A DNA stretch of 55,633 nt. Source: a virus (Duplodnaviria; Caudoviricetes). This document shows positions 28,005 through 37,663 of the stretch, in pieces. The stretch lies in IMG/VR virus record IMGVR_UViG_3300023109_000031, positions 1-55,633 of that record; one strand, written 5' to 3'. Positions within the stretch are counted from its first letter, which is position 1. Each line of letters begins with the position of its first letter. A model generated the notes under the pieces. It searched no databases. It was not told the origin of the DNA and was given only the letters and a program-made list of their open reading frames with translations. Both the position numbers and the translations under genes were made by a program.

Positions 28005-28735
28005 TATTCTATTCCTAACATTTCTTTTGTCATTATGTAATCTCTAACGAAGTCCGATCGTACAATATCTTCCCAGCCGAAATTAACTGTTGTAAAGTCT
28101 TTTAATTGATCTGTGATGTTCAAAAACTTAGTAATACCGATCTTTTCATCGTCGTACTTAAAATCGGTTTGTCTATAATCACCACAGAAAATGATACGAC
28201 AATTGTTACCTACACGAGTAATGATAGAGTCAAGCTCGTGAAAGTTTAAGTTTTGCATTTCATCTACAATAATGACTGAGTTGTCGTATGTCATACCTCG
28301 AATAAATGAGGTAGATTCAAACTTAAGAGTTTTGCTATTGACTAACTTATTGAACGCTGCATTATCACCTAACACCTCTGCCATAATAGATTTATATGGC
28401 GCTGCAAAAGCATCTTTCTTTTCTTCGGCTGATCCGGGTAAGAATCCCATGTCTCTTACTGGTACAACAGATCTAACAATAACGACCTGATGGAATTCTT
28501 TTTCAAGGACCGCTTCAAGAGCAAGATAACAGGCTAAAAATGTTTTACCTGTACCGGCTGATCCACTTAAAACTAAGTGATCGCCATCGTCCCAAGCTTT
28601 CATAACTTTTTCTTGATTTTCGGTGATAGCTTCAATTTCAAACATATCGCTGAGCTTGACTGTCGCACCAGCGTTAGTTCCTCTACCTGCACGATCTTTC
28701 ATGCTATTATACTTTGATGTTGTTTCCAAGTCCAC
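28004..28735 (-). CDS. phoH: PhoH-family ATPase
   Basis: GSAGTGKT, MGFLPG, SFIRG.T, IVDEMQN, ITRVG, GDYRQTD, DIVRS. Confidence 0.95.
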   Translation of the reverse strand: MDLETTSKYNSMKDRAGRGTNAGATVKLSDMFEIEAITENQEKVMKAWDDGDHLVLSGSAGTGKTFLACYLALEAVLEKEFHQVVIVRSVVPVRDMGFLPGSAEEKKDAFAAPYKSIMAEVLGDNAAFNKLVNSKTLKFESTSFIRGMTYDNSVIIVDEMQNLNFHELDSIITRVGNNCRIIFCGDYRQTDFKYDDEKIGITKFLNITDQLKDFTTVNFGWEDIVRSDFVRDYIMTKEMLGIE

Positions 28736-28937
28736 TATTCTTCTTCATATTTTTCAAATGATTTTGCCATTCTTCTCCAGCACTACGCAAATTGCTACCT
28801 GTGCCACTAATAAAACCGATTGGCTTTAATACGCGAGTGAGCTTATACTCTTCGCACATTTCTTGCAATTCATTCCAAGAACAAGTTACTTCCCATTCTT
28901 CTTCGCCGTCTTCTTTACGAACCGTGTAGTTTGGCAT
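28707..28937 (-). CDS. Small conserved protein upstream of phoH (FmdB-like start)
   Basis: MPNYTVR..DG E.W. Confidence 0.55.
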   Translation of the reverse strand: MPNYTVRKEDGEEEWEVTCSWNELQEMCEEYKLTRVLKPIGFISGTGSNLRSAGEEWQNHLKNMKKNSGLGNNIKV

Positions 28938-29613
28938 ATGTGTCTTTCCAATCCTTAACTATAATAGAATCTGAACCAACTCTATCTTTAATGGCCTGTG
29001 CAAGCGGAAAATCATTGCCGCCGGGTTGCATCATATCACCATAAAATGTGATTGGGCCTTCTAAAAAAGACGCAATTTGAGCTTTGTCGTCAGTTACTCT
29101 CATAATATCTATACCCGTAGCACCTGCAACCTGAGCTCTGATGCCTGAGCTAACAAATTTTTGGTTAAACAGCATTGCAATTGATCGTCTTTCCTGATTA
29201 ACTTCATCAAAGTCTTCATATGCTTTTCTTTGTTCCATATTTGCCCCACGACCAACCACTGAAAAGTTAGTAAGCCCAGGTCTGATCTCAATATGCTGTC
29301 CTGTGCGATCTGGGAAAGGTGATAGGTGAATATATGGCTCAAGGAACTCGATGCACACAGCAGGGAGTTTCCAATCAGATTCCCTTACAACCTGTCCTTT
29401 ATGCCATACACTATTACCTGCACAACAATAAACCTGTTCAGCTGAATGTAAGATGTTTCCTGGGACTTGTTCAGCCGTTTTAGGATAGTCTGAACCAGTA
29501 GCTAAATAAACTTTCTTATCTTGCATCCAATTGTAGAAAAATCCAGCAAAATACTTATCCATTCGCTGACGACTAGGTGTAAGTGTTCCATCTACGTCAA
29601 ATATGTAGTTCAT
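28915..29613 (-). CDS. Phosphomannomutase, HAD IIB (eukaryote-type PMM-like)
   Basis: FDVDGTLTPSRQ, TGSD, IEIRPG..NFS.VGR, FYGD...GGNDFPL. Confidence 0.85.
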   Translation of the reverse strand: MNYIFDVDGTLTPSRQRMDKYFAGFFYNWMQDKKVYLATGSDYPKTAEQVPGNILHSAEQVYCCAGNSVWHKGQVVRESDWKLPAVCIEFLEPYIHLSPFPDRTGQHIEIRPGLTNFSVVGRGANMEQRKAYEDFDEVNQERRSIAMLFNQKFVSSGIRAQVAGATGIDIMRVTDDKAQIASFLEGPITFYGDMMQPGGNDFPLAQAIKDRVGSDSIIVKDWKDTYAKLHGS

Positions 29614-30176
29614 GCTGAAACCCTTTGAAACCAATCTGGTACATCACGTTTAGTCCATACCATATTGAATCGTGTCTGTTTAGTTTGATAGAATGCTTGA
29701 TACGCTTTAACTGGATCGCCAAGAGCAATACATTCTGGATTAGCTTTCATTGCAAGTTTGAATTCTGTCAACTCATTTTTATATGGCATGTTCACTGGCA
29801 TAATACTAAGGATGTCACGTAGAACTCTATCGGTTTTGTGTGTTTTATCATAGCGATACGTATACTCGTCGCATAGTGCAAGAAAGTGTTCGTAGTGCCA
29901 TTTGTAGTTTTCTGAAGATTCCATAGACCATACAGTACAAGGATGAGCAGTATGTACTGCATTATAGAGTGTGGTTTCGTAATGCCTGTTTTCCATACGC
30001 CAGTATTTGACCATAGTTTTACCAGATTTAGATGGACGTTTTTCCATAATACCATCAAGCATACGATGTGCTGTTGATAACATTTGGCCAGATTCGACAA
30101 TCATTTTTGGAACATGTTTGTCACACTGTAGTTGTGCTGCTTTGACCGGACAAGTGTCAAGGATAAAAAGATTCAT
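29610..30176 (-). CDS. Pyrimidine-dimer DNA glycosylase-like (DenV/Pyr_excise)
   Basis: MNLF.LD..P..AA...CDKHV.KM..E..QMLSTAH, HPCTVW, EYTYRY.K.H. Confidence 0.8.
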   Translation of the reverse strand: MNLFILDTCPVKAAQLQCDKHVPKMIVESGQMLSTAHRMLDGIMEKRPSKSGKTMVKYWRMENRHYETTLYNAVHTAHPCTVWSMESSENYKWHYEHFLALCDEYTYRYDKTHKTDRVLRDILSIMPVNMPYKNELTEFKLAMKANPECIALGDPVKAYQAFYQTKQTRFNMVWTKRDVPDWFQRVSA

Positions 30177-30182
30177 AGTAAT

Positions 30183-30234
30183 AAGCTCCCATAATTTATA
30201 GTATTATTATACCACTTTATGGGAGCTTTGTACA
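30183..30234 (-). promoter_or_regulatory. Early promoter embedded in a 12-bp inverted repeat that includes the RBS
   Basis: TGTACA(30229-34)-17-TATAAT(30206-11); arms 30183-94 and 30217-28. Confidence 0.8.
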
Positions 30235-30249
30235 CCGTTTTTTTCAGCT

Positions 30250-30408
30250 TTATGCAGTTAATGCGTTGTCAATTGCCTCCTCGATATACGCCTTCTTTTT
30301 AAGTATCTTTTGAGCTTTCTCTGTGCTTCCATTACGAGTTAGTTTCTTTGCGTAATGTTCGAGCTCTTTAATATCTCTTCTAAGTCGTTCAACCTGAATT
30401 TGTGGCAT
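30250..30408 (-). CDS. 52-aa basic helical protein
   Basis: MPQIQVERLRRDIKELEHY...NALTA; SD AAGGGA. Confidence 0.65.
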   Translation of the reverse strand: MPQIQVERLRRDIKELEHYAKKLTRNGSTEKAQKILKKKAYIEEAIDNALTA

Positions 30409-30426
30409 ATTTAGTCCCTTCGAAAG

Positions 30427-30463
30427 TAAAAACCGGCTTATGCAGCAATTGCCGCACGCCGGT
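30427..30463 (-). terminator. Bulged GC-rich hairpin plus T-run
   Basis: ACCGGC-GTGCGGC-AATT-GCTGCAT-AA-GCCGGT-TTTT. Confidence 0.6.
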
Positions 30464-30492
30464 CTCGAGTTAAAGTTGGAATTGATTTTGCA

Positions 30493-30909
30493 TTAATCTT
30501 GATCTTCAATTAAACCAGGGAAAGCCTCCTGTACGATAGGTTTTGAAATTCCATCTATTGGTTTTTTATTTGTCATATTAACCACGATCTCCGCGTCCTT
30601 TGGATGGACACCTTCTAGCAATCCGATATACAATTTTTCTCTTTTGAATTTTGGCATGTCAGGTCCATTTACAATGAAGTATTTGAACTTCTGATGTTCT
30701 CTTTGAAGAGAGGCTGGATGATTATGCTCTTGAGAAGCTTGATATGGCGGAGAGCCAACTGGCAAGTTCCATCTAATTTTTTCATCATAGGTTCCTCGAA
30801 GGATGTCCTTCAAAGCCCATGACTCGTTGGATTGTAAAAACTCGATTTTATCTGCTTTATGTCTTTTAGCAGATGTTTTTTCGAGCACTTCATGTATAGC
30901 TAAAGCCAT
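30493..30909 (-). CDS. Conserved T4-like protein following rnh (DUF6433-like)
   Basis: LP.G.PPY, KREK.YI.LLEGVHP.DAE, VQEAFP. Confidence 0.7.
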   Translation of the reverse strand: MALAIHEVLEKTSAKRHKADKIEFLQSNESWALKDILRGTYDEKIRWNLPVGSPPYQASQEHNHPASLQREHQKFKYFIVNGPDMPKFKREKLYIGLLEGVHPKDAEIVVNMTNKKPIDGISKPIVQEAFPGLIEDQD

Positions 30910-30910
30910 T

Positions 30911-31750
30911 CTATAAAAACTCCTGTACAACTTCAATCAAACGTTTGCACCGTTTTTCAACCAAGTAAGGAAAGACCTTACCTTTATTGTTCCAAGGATC
31001 TTGGTCCTCAAAGATATTTATAATTTCTTCGATCACAGGAGCCGGTGTTTCACGCAAATCTATAAGTTTTCTGTTACGCTGAATATTTCTGTAAACCTCT
31101 TCGCCAAGAGCTTTTTCATCCTCCATAAGGATAGCTTTCTTTTTAGCTGAAAGAGGGGTTTGCCTGCGGCCTTCGACAAATACATTATCGTCTGAAAGAA
31201 CATTTGGTACGCCATCACCTGCATCGCCAGTTAAAATCTTATGGAAAAGATTAACACGAGGGTTGTCTTCTTTTACAGGTTTTTTGACTAAAGGTGAGAA
31301 CTGTTTAACGTTATCATACCTTTGAAGCTGCTTGAAATCATGATCTGCAGACACTATCATAACTTCTTCATGCTTACCAAATTCTTGAGTATTTTCTACA
31401 AGGTGAGCAATTACATCGTCAGCCTCACAGCCCCAGACGTGCATTACTTTATATGGAAAGTTTTCTTTAATTTCTTCGCGAACTAGATTAGTGATACGAA
31501 ACACTTCATTCCAATCAATACTAGAACTATCACGTGATTTCTTACGGCTAGCTTTGTATTGAGGATAGACATCTTTACGCCAATTACCACCAGCATCAGC
31601 AACAACTACTACATCACCATATTCATTAAACTTTTGTTTGTACATACGAATAGTATTAAGAATCATGTGACGAATCATGTTCTCGTCAGCACCAATCTTT
31701 TGTGTCACTATATTGCCAATAGCAATACCATTATAGTCAATTAAAATCAT
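30911..31750 (-). CDS. rnh: T4-type RNase H (5'-3' exonuclease)
   Basis: MILID, WRK..YP.YKA.R, EADDVI, S.D.DFKQL, GD.GDGVPN, RNRKLIDL. Confidence 0.95.
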   Translation of the reverse strand: MILIDYNGIAIGNIVTQKIGADENMIRHMILNTIRMYKQKFNEYGDVVVVADAGGNWRKDVYPQYKASRKKSRDSSSIDWNEVFRITNLVREEIKENFPYKVMHVWGCEADDVIAHLVENTQEFGKHEEVMIVSADHDFKQLQRYDNVKQFSPLVKKPVKEDNPRVNLFHKILTGDAGDGVPNVLSDDNVFVEGRRQTPLSAKKKAILMEDEKALGEEVYRNIQRNRKLIDLRETPAPVIEEIINIFEDQDPWNNKGKVFPYLVEKRCKRLIEVVQEFL

Positions 31751-31971
31751 TATATAACTCGTTTATATGTTATTTTTGTGTGTGAAATATCAAGTTGGTC
31801 ACATAATTCCATAATGAAATGTTTGTTATGTGATGCGAATTCGCAGAGGTGGTTTCCACCGCCCGGTCCGTTTGTTTTGAATTTTGATAAAACGCATCCG
31901 TGGGTTGTTGCGAAAAGTTTGATTTCCGGTTTAGTTGAATTGTAATTGATGTCAGTTTCGATTTTATACAT
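31750..31971 (-). CDS. Early hypothetical protein
   Basis: NGPGGGN motif; behind early promoter. Confidence 0.65.
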   Translation of the reverse strand: MYKIETDINYNSTKPEIKLFATTHGCVLSKFKTNGPGGGNHLCEFASHNKHFIMELCDQLDISHTKITYKRVI

Positions 31972-31974
31972 TTG

Positions 31975-32050
31975 TTTCCTTTTCCATTTTATAGTACTAT
32001 TATACCACAGTTTTTATGAAAAGTAAACAACTAAATGCATTTAATTGCAT
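31975..32050 (-). promoter_or_regulatory. Early promoter module
   Basis: TTTACT(32022-27)-17-TATAAT(31999-32004); shared leader; TGCA pair. Confidence 0.85.
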
Positions 32051-32454
32051 TATTTTTTAATATGTTTTGAATGTATTTTACAACCAATAAACTCATTATA
32101 GTATTCATCTGACAATAAGACATCATATTCAAACTGTAACTTTGCTTCGTAATAGGAGCATTCACCTTTAGTTTCACAAAACTTTAAGATTTCTCGTTTG
32201 TAATTGTCAAGACCTTTTTCTTCGACGAGGTTTTTAACTGTAATGGAGGAGCCGTAGTATTTTCGCCAATCGGACTCAACACGAGTCTTGACCCTCCTTT
32301 TACGAGTTTTCGTGAGAGGTAGAGTTTTGGGTTTCCAGAAAAACTTTTTGCCAATGTATTTTTTACCAGTGTCTAGTTCTGTAATTATGTAGACGAAACC
32401 CTGGAATTGCTCTGGAGTTTCGTCGTATATTTTATCTTTGTATAACCATGTCAT
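32050..32454 (-). CDS. Free-standing GIY-YIG nuclease
   Basis: GFVYIIT...KKYIGKKFF, YYGSS, REIL, E, YYN. Confidence 0.85.
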   Translation of the reverse strand: MTWLYKDKIYDETPEQFQGFVYIITELDTGKKYIGKKFFWKPKTLPLTKTRKRRVKTRVESDWRKYYGSSITVKNLVEEKGLDNYKREILKFCETKGECSYYEAKLQFEYDVLLSDEYYNEFIGCKIHSKHIKK

Positions 32455-32468
32455 ACAATTATATATTA

Positions 32469-32564
32469 CTAGTCTTTGTGACCACCGAGATATTTAGGAG
32501 GTTTGTTCTTTGTCTCAATCTTTTCAACTAATTTTCTAAAGTATTCTCGGATCCACTTAATCAT
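32469..32564 (-). CDS. 31-aa peptide
   Basis: MIKWIREYFRKLVEKIETKNKPPKYLGGHKD; SD GAGG. Confidence 0.5.
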   Translation of the reverse strand: MIKWIREYFRKLVEKIETKNKPPKYLGGHKD

Positions 32565-32566
32565 AA

Positions 32567-32722
32567 CTAATCCTCTTCGTCACCAAAGTCTAGTTCTTCT
32601 TCAAGCATAGTAGGCGTAGCTCTTCTTCCACAACATGGACAAAAGAGTACATCGTCATCTGCCCTTACGACTGATTCTTCTTCGCATTCGTCGCACTCAA
32701 CTCGCCATTCCTTAAAGCTCAT
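32567..32722 (-). CDS. Small Zn-ribbon/rubredoxin-like protein
   Basis: CDECEE...FCPCCG, acidic tail; ATGA overlap with nrdB. Confidence 0.7.
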   Translation of the reverse strand: MSFKEWRVECDECEEESVVRADDDVLFCPCCGRRATPTMLEEELDFGDEED

Positions 32723-33690
32723 GCTACTAATGATTCCTCATCCCATCCCCAATCGTCGCCTTCCATTCCATTTACGGAATATTCAGTTACACGCTTTTCG
32801 AAGAAGTTATCATGAGAGGCACCATTAAGTACCCAATCTAACCAAGGTAGTGGATTATCCTTTACACCAAACTTTGGCTTCATACCAAGCTGTAGTAATC
32901 TACGATCTGCAATATGTCGAATGTATTGCTTTACTTCGTCTTTTGACAAGCCTTCGATTTCTACTCCACTTGAATACGCAAGATCAATAAATTTGTCTTC
33001 AAGGTTTACAGCTTGCTTTGCCATATTATAGATTTTAGACTTAAGTTCATCGTTTACAACTCTACCGCGTTCTTCACAGAATGTTCTAAACAACTTAGCA
33101 TTACCTTGTACATGCATTGTCTCATCACGGATTGACCACTCGACAATTGTACCCATACCTTTCATCTTACCGAACCGTTGAAAGTTCAATAACATTACAA
33201 AGGATGCAAACAGTGACATACCTTCGTTAAATACAGATTGAGCTAATGCCAAAGCTAAGCCAGTATGAGTGTTTGGATTGCCCTGCGACATAAACTCGAT
33301 TTTGTCAGCCATTTCTTTATATTCTAAAAAGGAATGGAACTCTTCATCTGGCAAACCAAGTGTATCGTTTAACAGTGCATATGCTCTTTGGTGTACACCT
33401 TCTCTTGTCGCAAAAGATGATAGCATATTACGGACTTCATTATTCTTAAATTTTGGAATTAATAACTCAAAATAGTTTTCACCAACTTGGACATCTGATT
33501 GAGTAAACAATCTAAGAACATGTGTAACAAATTCTTTTTCGCTATCCGTTAGCTTTATACGCCAATCCTGAACATCTTCTGATAATTCAGCTTCGTCTTC
33601 TACCCAATGAATTTCTTCATGCTTCTTTGTTAAATCCACTGCCCATGGATAGTTAAACGGCTTATATGTTTTTGATGTTTCTAATAGCAT
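32719..33690 (-). CDS. nrdB: Ribonucleotide reductase class Ia beta subunit
   Basis: FTQSD, EGVHQRAY, EGMSLFASF, WSIRDETMH, NFFEKRVTEY. Confidence 0.96.
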   Translation of the reverse strand: MLLETSKTYKPFNYPWAVDLTKKHEEIHWVEDEAELSEDVQDWRIKLTDSEKEFVTHVLRLFTQSDVQVGENYFELLIPKFKNNEVRNMLSSFATREGVHQRAYALLNDTLGLPDEEFHSFLEYKEMADKIEFMSQGNPNTHTGLALALAQSVFNEGMSLFASFVMLLNFQRFGKMKGMGTIVEWSIRDETMHVQGNAKLFRTFCEERGRVVNDELKSKIYNMAKQAVNLEDKFIDLAYSSGVEIEGLSKDEVKQYIRHIADRRLLQLGMKPKFGVKDNPLPWLDWVLNGASHDNFFEKRVTEYSVNGMEGDDWGWDEESLVA

Positions 33691-33692
33691 TT

Positions 33693-35675
33693 TTATCCCT
33701 CGCAAGCTACACATTCGTCTGATTCAAAATTCATAGGTTTATTAAAGAACTCCATAAGTTCATTATGGCCACCTACATAAGTGCCGCTGACGTAAATCTG
33801 AGGAACAGTGCGTACCTTCCTTCCAGTGACTTCAGCTGCTGTCTTTCCAATATCCTCAAGATTAATATAATCAAAAGGAATACCGCGCATTTCTAATTCT
33901 TCGGTTGCTGCTGCACAATACGGGCAACCCGGCTTACCATAGACGATGGTGCGATCATCATCTTGAAGCGCTATTCTTTCTACTTTATCAGAGACCGTTT
34001 CAGCTCTTTGTTTAGCTTCTGTCCGAAGATAATAAAGTCCTTTAAGTCCTTCTTTCCATGCTTTAACATGGACCTTATTGACATATGATTTCTGTGCTCC
34101 AGACGGGAAAAACAGGTTGACACTTTGTCCTTGACAAATGTACTTCTGTCTGTCTGCTGCATGTTGCACGACCCAGTTTTGATCGAGCTCGTCAGCTGTC
34201 TTAAAGATTGCCTTTTCTCCTTCGGTAAGCTCCGGTAAATGCTGAACAGAACCTTTTTTCGTAATGATTGAAGTCCATGTACTGTCATTATTAATACCAT
34301 ATCTTTCTAATACTTCCGTTAAGTATTTGTTTTTGACAAGGAAGCTTCCTGCTCTTGTTCTGTGAGTGTAGGCGTTTGCTTTAAGAGGCTCGATTGACGG
34401 TGATGTCGAGAGTATGACTCCTGAACTTGCGTTGGGAGCGATTGCCAAAAGGTGCGCATTCCGTACGCCGGTAGAATTGCCATCTAGGTATTCTCCTCTT
34501 TCATTTGCTAAAACACGAGTTTGACTTAGTGCTCTTGTTTTAATTGTTGAAAATACTACATCATTTATTTCTTGTGCTTTTTCTGATTCCCAAGCAACTC
34601 CATGTTTGTGGAGAAGTGAGTGGAACCCCATTGCGCCAAGTCCGATTGACCTTTCTCTTTCTGCAGAATACTTAGCTCTGGAAATAGCATCCGGTGCATG
34701 CTCAATGAAATATTCGAGAACATTATCAAGCATCGTGACAAGATCTTCGACAATAGTGGTATTCTTCCACTCATCGAAATACTCCAAATTAAGAGACGAC
34801 AAACAACAGACAGCAGTGCGGTCAGCAGATGTAGGAAGATGAATTTCGTTACATAAATTAGATCCATTTATTTTTAATCCTTTTTCTTTAAGCGCGGCAG
34901 GCAAACCTGCATTAGCCGTGTCAATAAAGTTCAGGTATGGTTCACCAGTTCTAAAGCGAACTTCAAGAATTCTTTGCCACAGCTTTCTTGCGTTAGTTGT
35001 ATCGGTAATCCGGTCATCTCCCGGATCTACTAAATTCCACTCTTCGCCTTTTACTACAGCCTGCATAAATGCATCGCTGATATTAATGGCATTATGTAAA
35101 TTAAGTGCTTTTCTTTGGACATCACCTGTAGGAATACGCATGTTAAGAAATTCTACGATATCCGGATGTGATATATCCATATATGCAGCATAAGACCCTT
35201 TACGAGTTTTACCTTGTCTATATGCAATCATGTCAGCATCAACTGTATGTAGAAACGGCAAAGGACCCGGTGCTTTATCTGACACTGTTCTCACATCAGA
35301 CCAATGGCCACCAACGCCACCACCAAATACAGACAACCAACGTAACTCAGAACTATGGCTAATTAGCCCTTCGAGTGTGTCTGGAACATAAGTTAAGAAA
35401 CACGAAATAGGCAAACCTTTGTCAGACTTAGTACCATTAGGTGCATTTGATAGAACTGGAGATGCAAACATAAACCACTTGTTTGACACGTAGTCATATA
35501 ATCTTTGAGCTAAATCTTTATCAAATTTACCTTCGAATGTTGACCACGCTTCTGCTGCACGAGCATATGCTTCTTGTGGCGATTTCTCATGATCTTTCAT
35601 GTAGAAGTCTTTAAGCATTCCAACAGCATAGCTTTCTAGCTTGCTATCTAATGCTTTATTTATTTTGATTTGCAT
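33693..35675 (-). CDS. nrdA: Ribonucleotide reductase alpha subunit with internal glutaredoxin domain
   Basis: ISCFL, GSNLCNEI, VCCLSS, AIAPNASS, CQGQSVN, GLYYLRT, then YGKPGCPYC..TVPQIY..YVGG, then ECVACEG; no ATP-cone. Confidence 0.95.
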   Translation of the reverse strand: MQIKINKALDSKLESYAVGMLKDFYMKDHEKSPQEAYARAAEAWSTFEGKFDKDLAQRLYDYVSNKWFMFASPVLSNAPNGTKSDKGLPISCFLTYVPDTLEGLISHSSELRWLSVFGGGVGGHWSDVRTVSDKAPGPLPFLHTVDADMIAYRQGKTRKGSYAAYMDISHPDIVEFLNMRIPTGDVQRKALNLHNAINISDAFMQAVVKGEEWNLVDPGDDRITDTTNARKLWQRILEVRFRTGEPYLNFIDTANAGLPAALKEKGLKINGSNLCNEIHLPTSADRTAVCCLSSLNLEYFDEWKNTTIVEDLVTMLDNVLEYFIEHAPDAISRAKYSAERERSIGLGAMGFHSLLHKHGVAWESEKAQEINDVVFSTIKTRALSQTRVLANERGEYLDGNSTGVRNAHLLAIAPNASSGVILSTSPSIEPLKANAYTHRTRAGSFLVKNKYLTEVLERYGINNDSTWTSIITKKGSVQHLPELTEGEKAIFKTADELDQNWVVQHAADRQKYICQGQSVNLFFPSGAQKSYVNKVHVKAWKEGLKGLYYLRTEAKQRAETVSDKVERIALQDDDRTIVYGKPGCPYCAAATEELEMRGIPFDYINLEDIGKTAAEVTGRKVRTVPQIYVSGTYVGGHNELMEFFNKPMNFESDECVACEG

Positions 35676-35744
35676 AAGCGTATAGACCTTTCACGCCACC
35701 GCAGAATTGCGATCGCAGTTTTATATTATTGATTTATATGTAGT

Positions 35745-35773
35745 ATTATATATCAGTTTACGGCTTTTGTAAA
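35745..35773 (-). promoter_or_regulatory. Early-type promoter of nrdAB
   Basis: TTTACA(35768-73)-17-TATAAT(35745-50). Confidence 0.7.
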
Positions 35774-35797
35774 CCATTAAATGCGGTTATTTCAGAC

Positions 35798-36325
35798 TTA
35801 TTTTAACAAAAAAATATTTTTATTTTCCGGTCTTGGCTTTGGCTCTCGTATGGCCTTAGCTTCTCCTAATCCAATTGACATTGAAAAAAGAGGTCGTTTC
35901 ACTGGTGCATTTTTCCAAATCTTATCAGTCTTTGGAAGCCAACAGGCTGTATATGATACATCTAATTCTTTTGATAAGCATAGTTGAGTTATAATAGTAG
36001 ACATCATTCCAATTTCAATCGATATAGTACTATCCCACGCAGGCTTAATTTTACCATCACCTCTAGGTTGTAGATCTTCTATTCGTTTATAAAATAGAAG
36101 AACATAAGGGGCTAATACCTGTTGATTGTGATAACAATCGTCTTTAGTTGCTTCATACAAAAAGTCTTTATTCTTACTTTTAGGCCCAAGAATATGAATA
36201 CAATAAGGCACTGAAGATTGCTTTGAAGGAACTAAATCATAAGCAGTAGATAGTATCTCATCAATTAACGATTGAGGAGGAATATAGTCAGTATAGCGAT
36301 TGTATTGAACGTTTCTTTTAAGCAC
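35798..36325 (-). CDS. Nitroreductase-fold protein
   Basis: PSKQ..PY..HILGP, APYVLLF, IEIGM, LDVSYTAC. Confidence 0.7.
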   Translation of the reverse strand: MLKRNVQYNRYTDYIPPQSLIDEILSTAYDLVPSKQSSVPYCIHILGPKSKNKDFLYEATKDDCYHNQQVLAPYVLLFYKRIEDLQPRGDGKIKPAWDSTISIEIGMMSTIITQLCLSKELDVSYTACWLPKTDKIWKNAPVKRPLFSMSIGLGEAKAIREPKPRPENKNIFLLK

Positions 36326-36779
36326 GTTTTCGAGCTTTTTCTACCGCCCGACTACCAAACCAAAATGAAATAATTGCTGCAAAGATTGCTTTCGTATCTT
36401 CATCCCACAGTAACTGAATTGCTTCAGCAAATTCTGTTCCTTTTTCAAGTGCTTCCATTAAGAGTACAATCTCAATTGTAGCAAATAGTCCAAAGAAAGC
36501 ATAAGTAATTACTGGCCGTACTGATTTTTGCAGACCCGAAATAATACCTACACCTTGGTTAATACTTACATCGTGTTGGATCAGCCGTTCGTGTTCTTTA
36601 TCGGCGCCCATTCTTTCATAGAACTGCATGTCCAGTTCAGCGCCTTCTTTTCTCATATCAGCCATAGCTCTCATTTTATTGAGCTCGTGCTTTCGATCCT
36701 CTTTTGATGCAAAGTGGTCCATAATTGCAGGTGCTGTAGAACTAGCAAAGCCTAACAATGACCCAATGATTGATAACAT
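36318..36779 (-). CDS. Membrane protein (3TM holin-like)
   Basis: SVRPVITY, IISFWFGSR, hydrophobic helices. Confidence 0.7.
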   Translation of the reverse strand: MLSIIGSLLGFASSTAPAIMDHFASKEDRKHELNKMRAMADMRKEGAELDMQFYERMGADKEHERLIQHDVSINQGVGIISGLQKSVRPVITYAFFGLFATIEIVLLMEALEKGTEFAEAIQLLWDEDTKAIFAAIISFWFGSRAVEKARKRA

Positions 36780-36782
36780 AAT

Positions 36783-37079
36783 TTAATCCTCTATATGATT
36801 GCGAAATCTTTTTAATAGTCGAGGTGAAGACTGATCTTTCAATCTACGATCTACCACGATTATCTCTTCTATTCCACTTTTATTCTTCTTTTTTCTGACT
36901 ACTACTGTAGATGAATCGTCTCCAGCGCCAACAACAGAACCGGTATTTGTAGCCGGAGCTTCTTCGCTTGCTGCTTGAGCTGACGCCATAGCTGCTGGTG
37001 TAGGTGCACCTTTTTCGCCTTTTTTACGCATTTTTTTTCCTGACTCTCTACGCTTTCGTATATTGTCCCATAGACTCAT
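36783..37079 (-). CDS. Hypothetical protein
   Basis: KKGEKGAPT, EEAPATN; operon-coupled. Confidence 0.6.
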   Translation of the reverse strand: MSLWDNIRKRRESGKKMRKKGEKGAPTPAAMASAQAASEEAPATNTGSVVGAGDDSSTVVVRKKKNKSGIEEIIVVDRRLKDQSSPRLLKRFRNHIED

Positions 37080-37663
37080 TTGTAAACCTCATTGACGGTA
37101 ACGTATAGTTTTTGATTTGTGTTTTTATGAGTGACTTCATAAATGTCAATACCATAGATTTCGCCGGCCGGAAAACAATCCGGGCTCACAATAATTTGGT
37201 CTTTAGCTCTCACCAATTCTTCAACTGTTGAGTTTACTACTTTGTTTTCTTTGATTCTGTATATGCCTGGGCCTAATTGACGATTATCAAGTAAGAACCA
37301 ATCGCTTTGTTCAAGCATAAAATCAAGAGTATTGATTTCAGATTTTTCTACAATTTTAGTTATTGAATCGTCGGATAGTTCTAGTTTCTCTTTGATAAGA
37401 AAAAGTGCAGCTGCATACGAAGCTAACCGCGAACCTCCGCCCGGAGCTTTAGCCATAATCTTTTTAATGTTAAAGACGAGTCTGTGGAAGGTTGTGAAGG
37501 CAGATTTTTTTTCTGTCGAGTCCATTTTAACAGACTTTTGACGTACGCCATCTTCATCGATAATACCTAGTTCGAATGCTTTTGTTTTGTTAAACGGTGT
37601 AATTAGTAACTTCAAAAATCTGAAGGTATAGACTAAATCACCTGCTCTTGACAACAAACCCAT
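37076..37663 (-). CDS. Conserved T4-like hypothetical protein
   Basis: YTFRFLKLL.TPF....AFELGIIDEDG, FHRLVFNIKK, YAAALFLIKE. Confidence 0.7.
   Translation of the reverse strand: MGLLSRAGDLVYTFRFLKLLITPFNKTKAFELGIIDEDGVRQKSVKMDSTEKKSAFTTFHRLVFNIKKIMAKAPGGGSRLASYAAALFLIKEKLELSDDSITKIVEKSEINTLDFMLEQSDWFLLDNRQLGPGIYRIKENKVVNSTVEELVRAKDQIIVSPDCFPAGEIYGIDIYEVTHKNTNQKLYVTVNEVYK

Noticed and set aside
30427-30490. Riboswitch upstream of the 52-aa ORF
   Set aside because: Only a single bulged hairpin plus T-run, with no recognisable aptamer; treated as a terminator.
32050-35675. Group I intron or intein in nrdA/nrdB
   Set aside because: Both frames are continuous with no splicing motifs; the GIY-YIG gene is free-standing and short.
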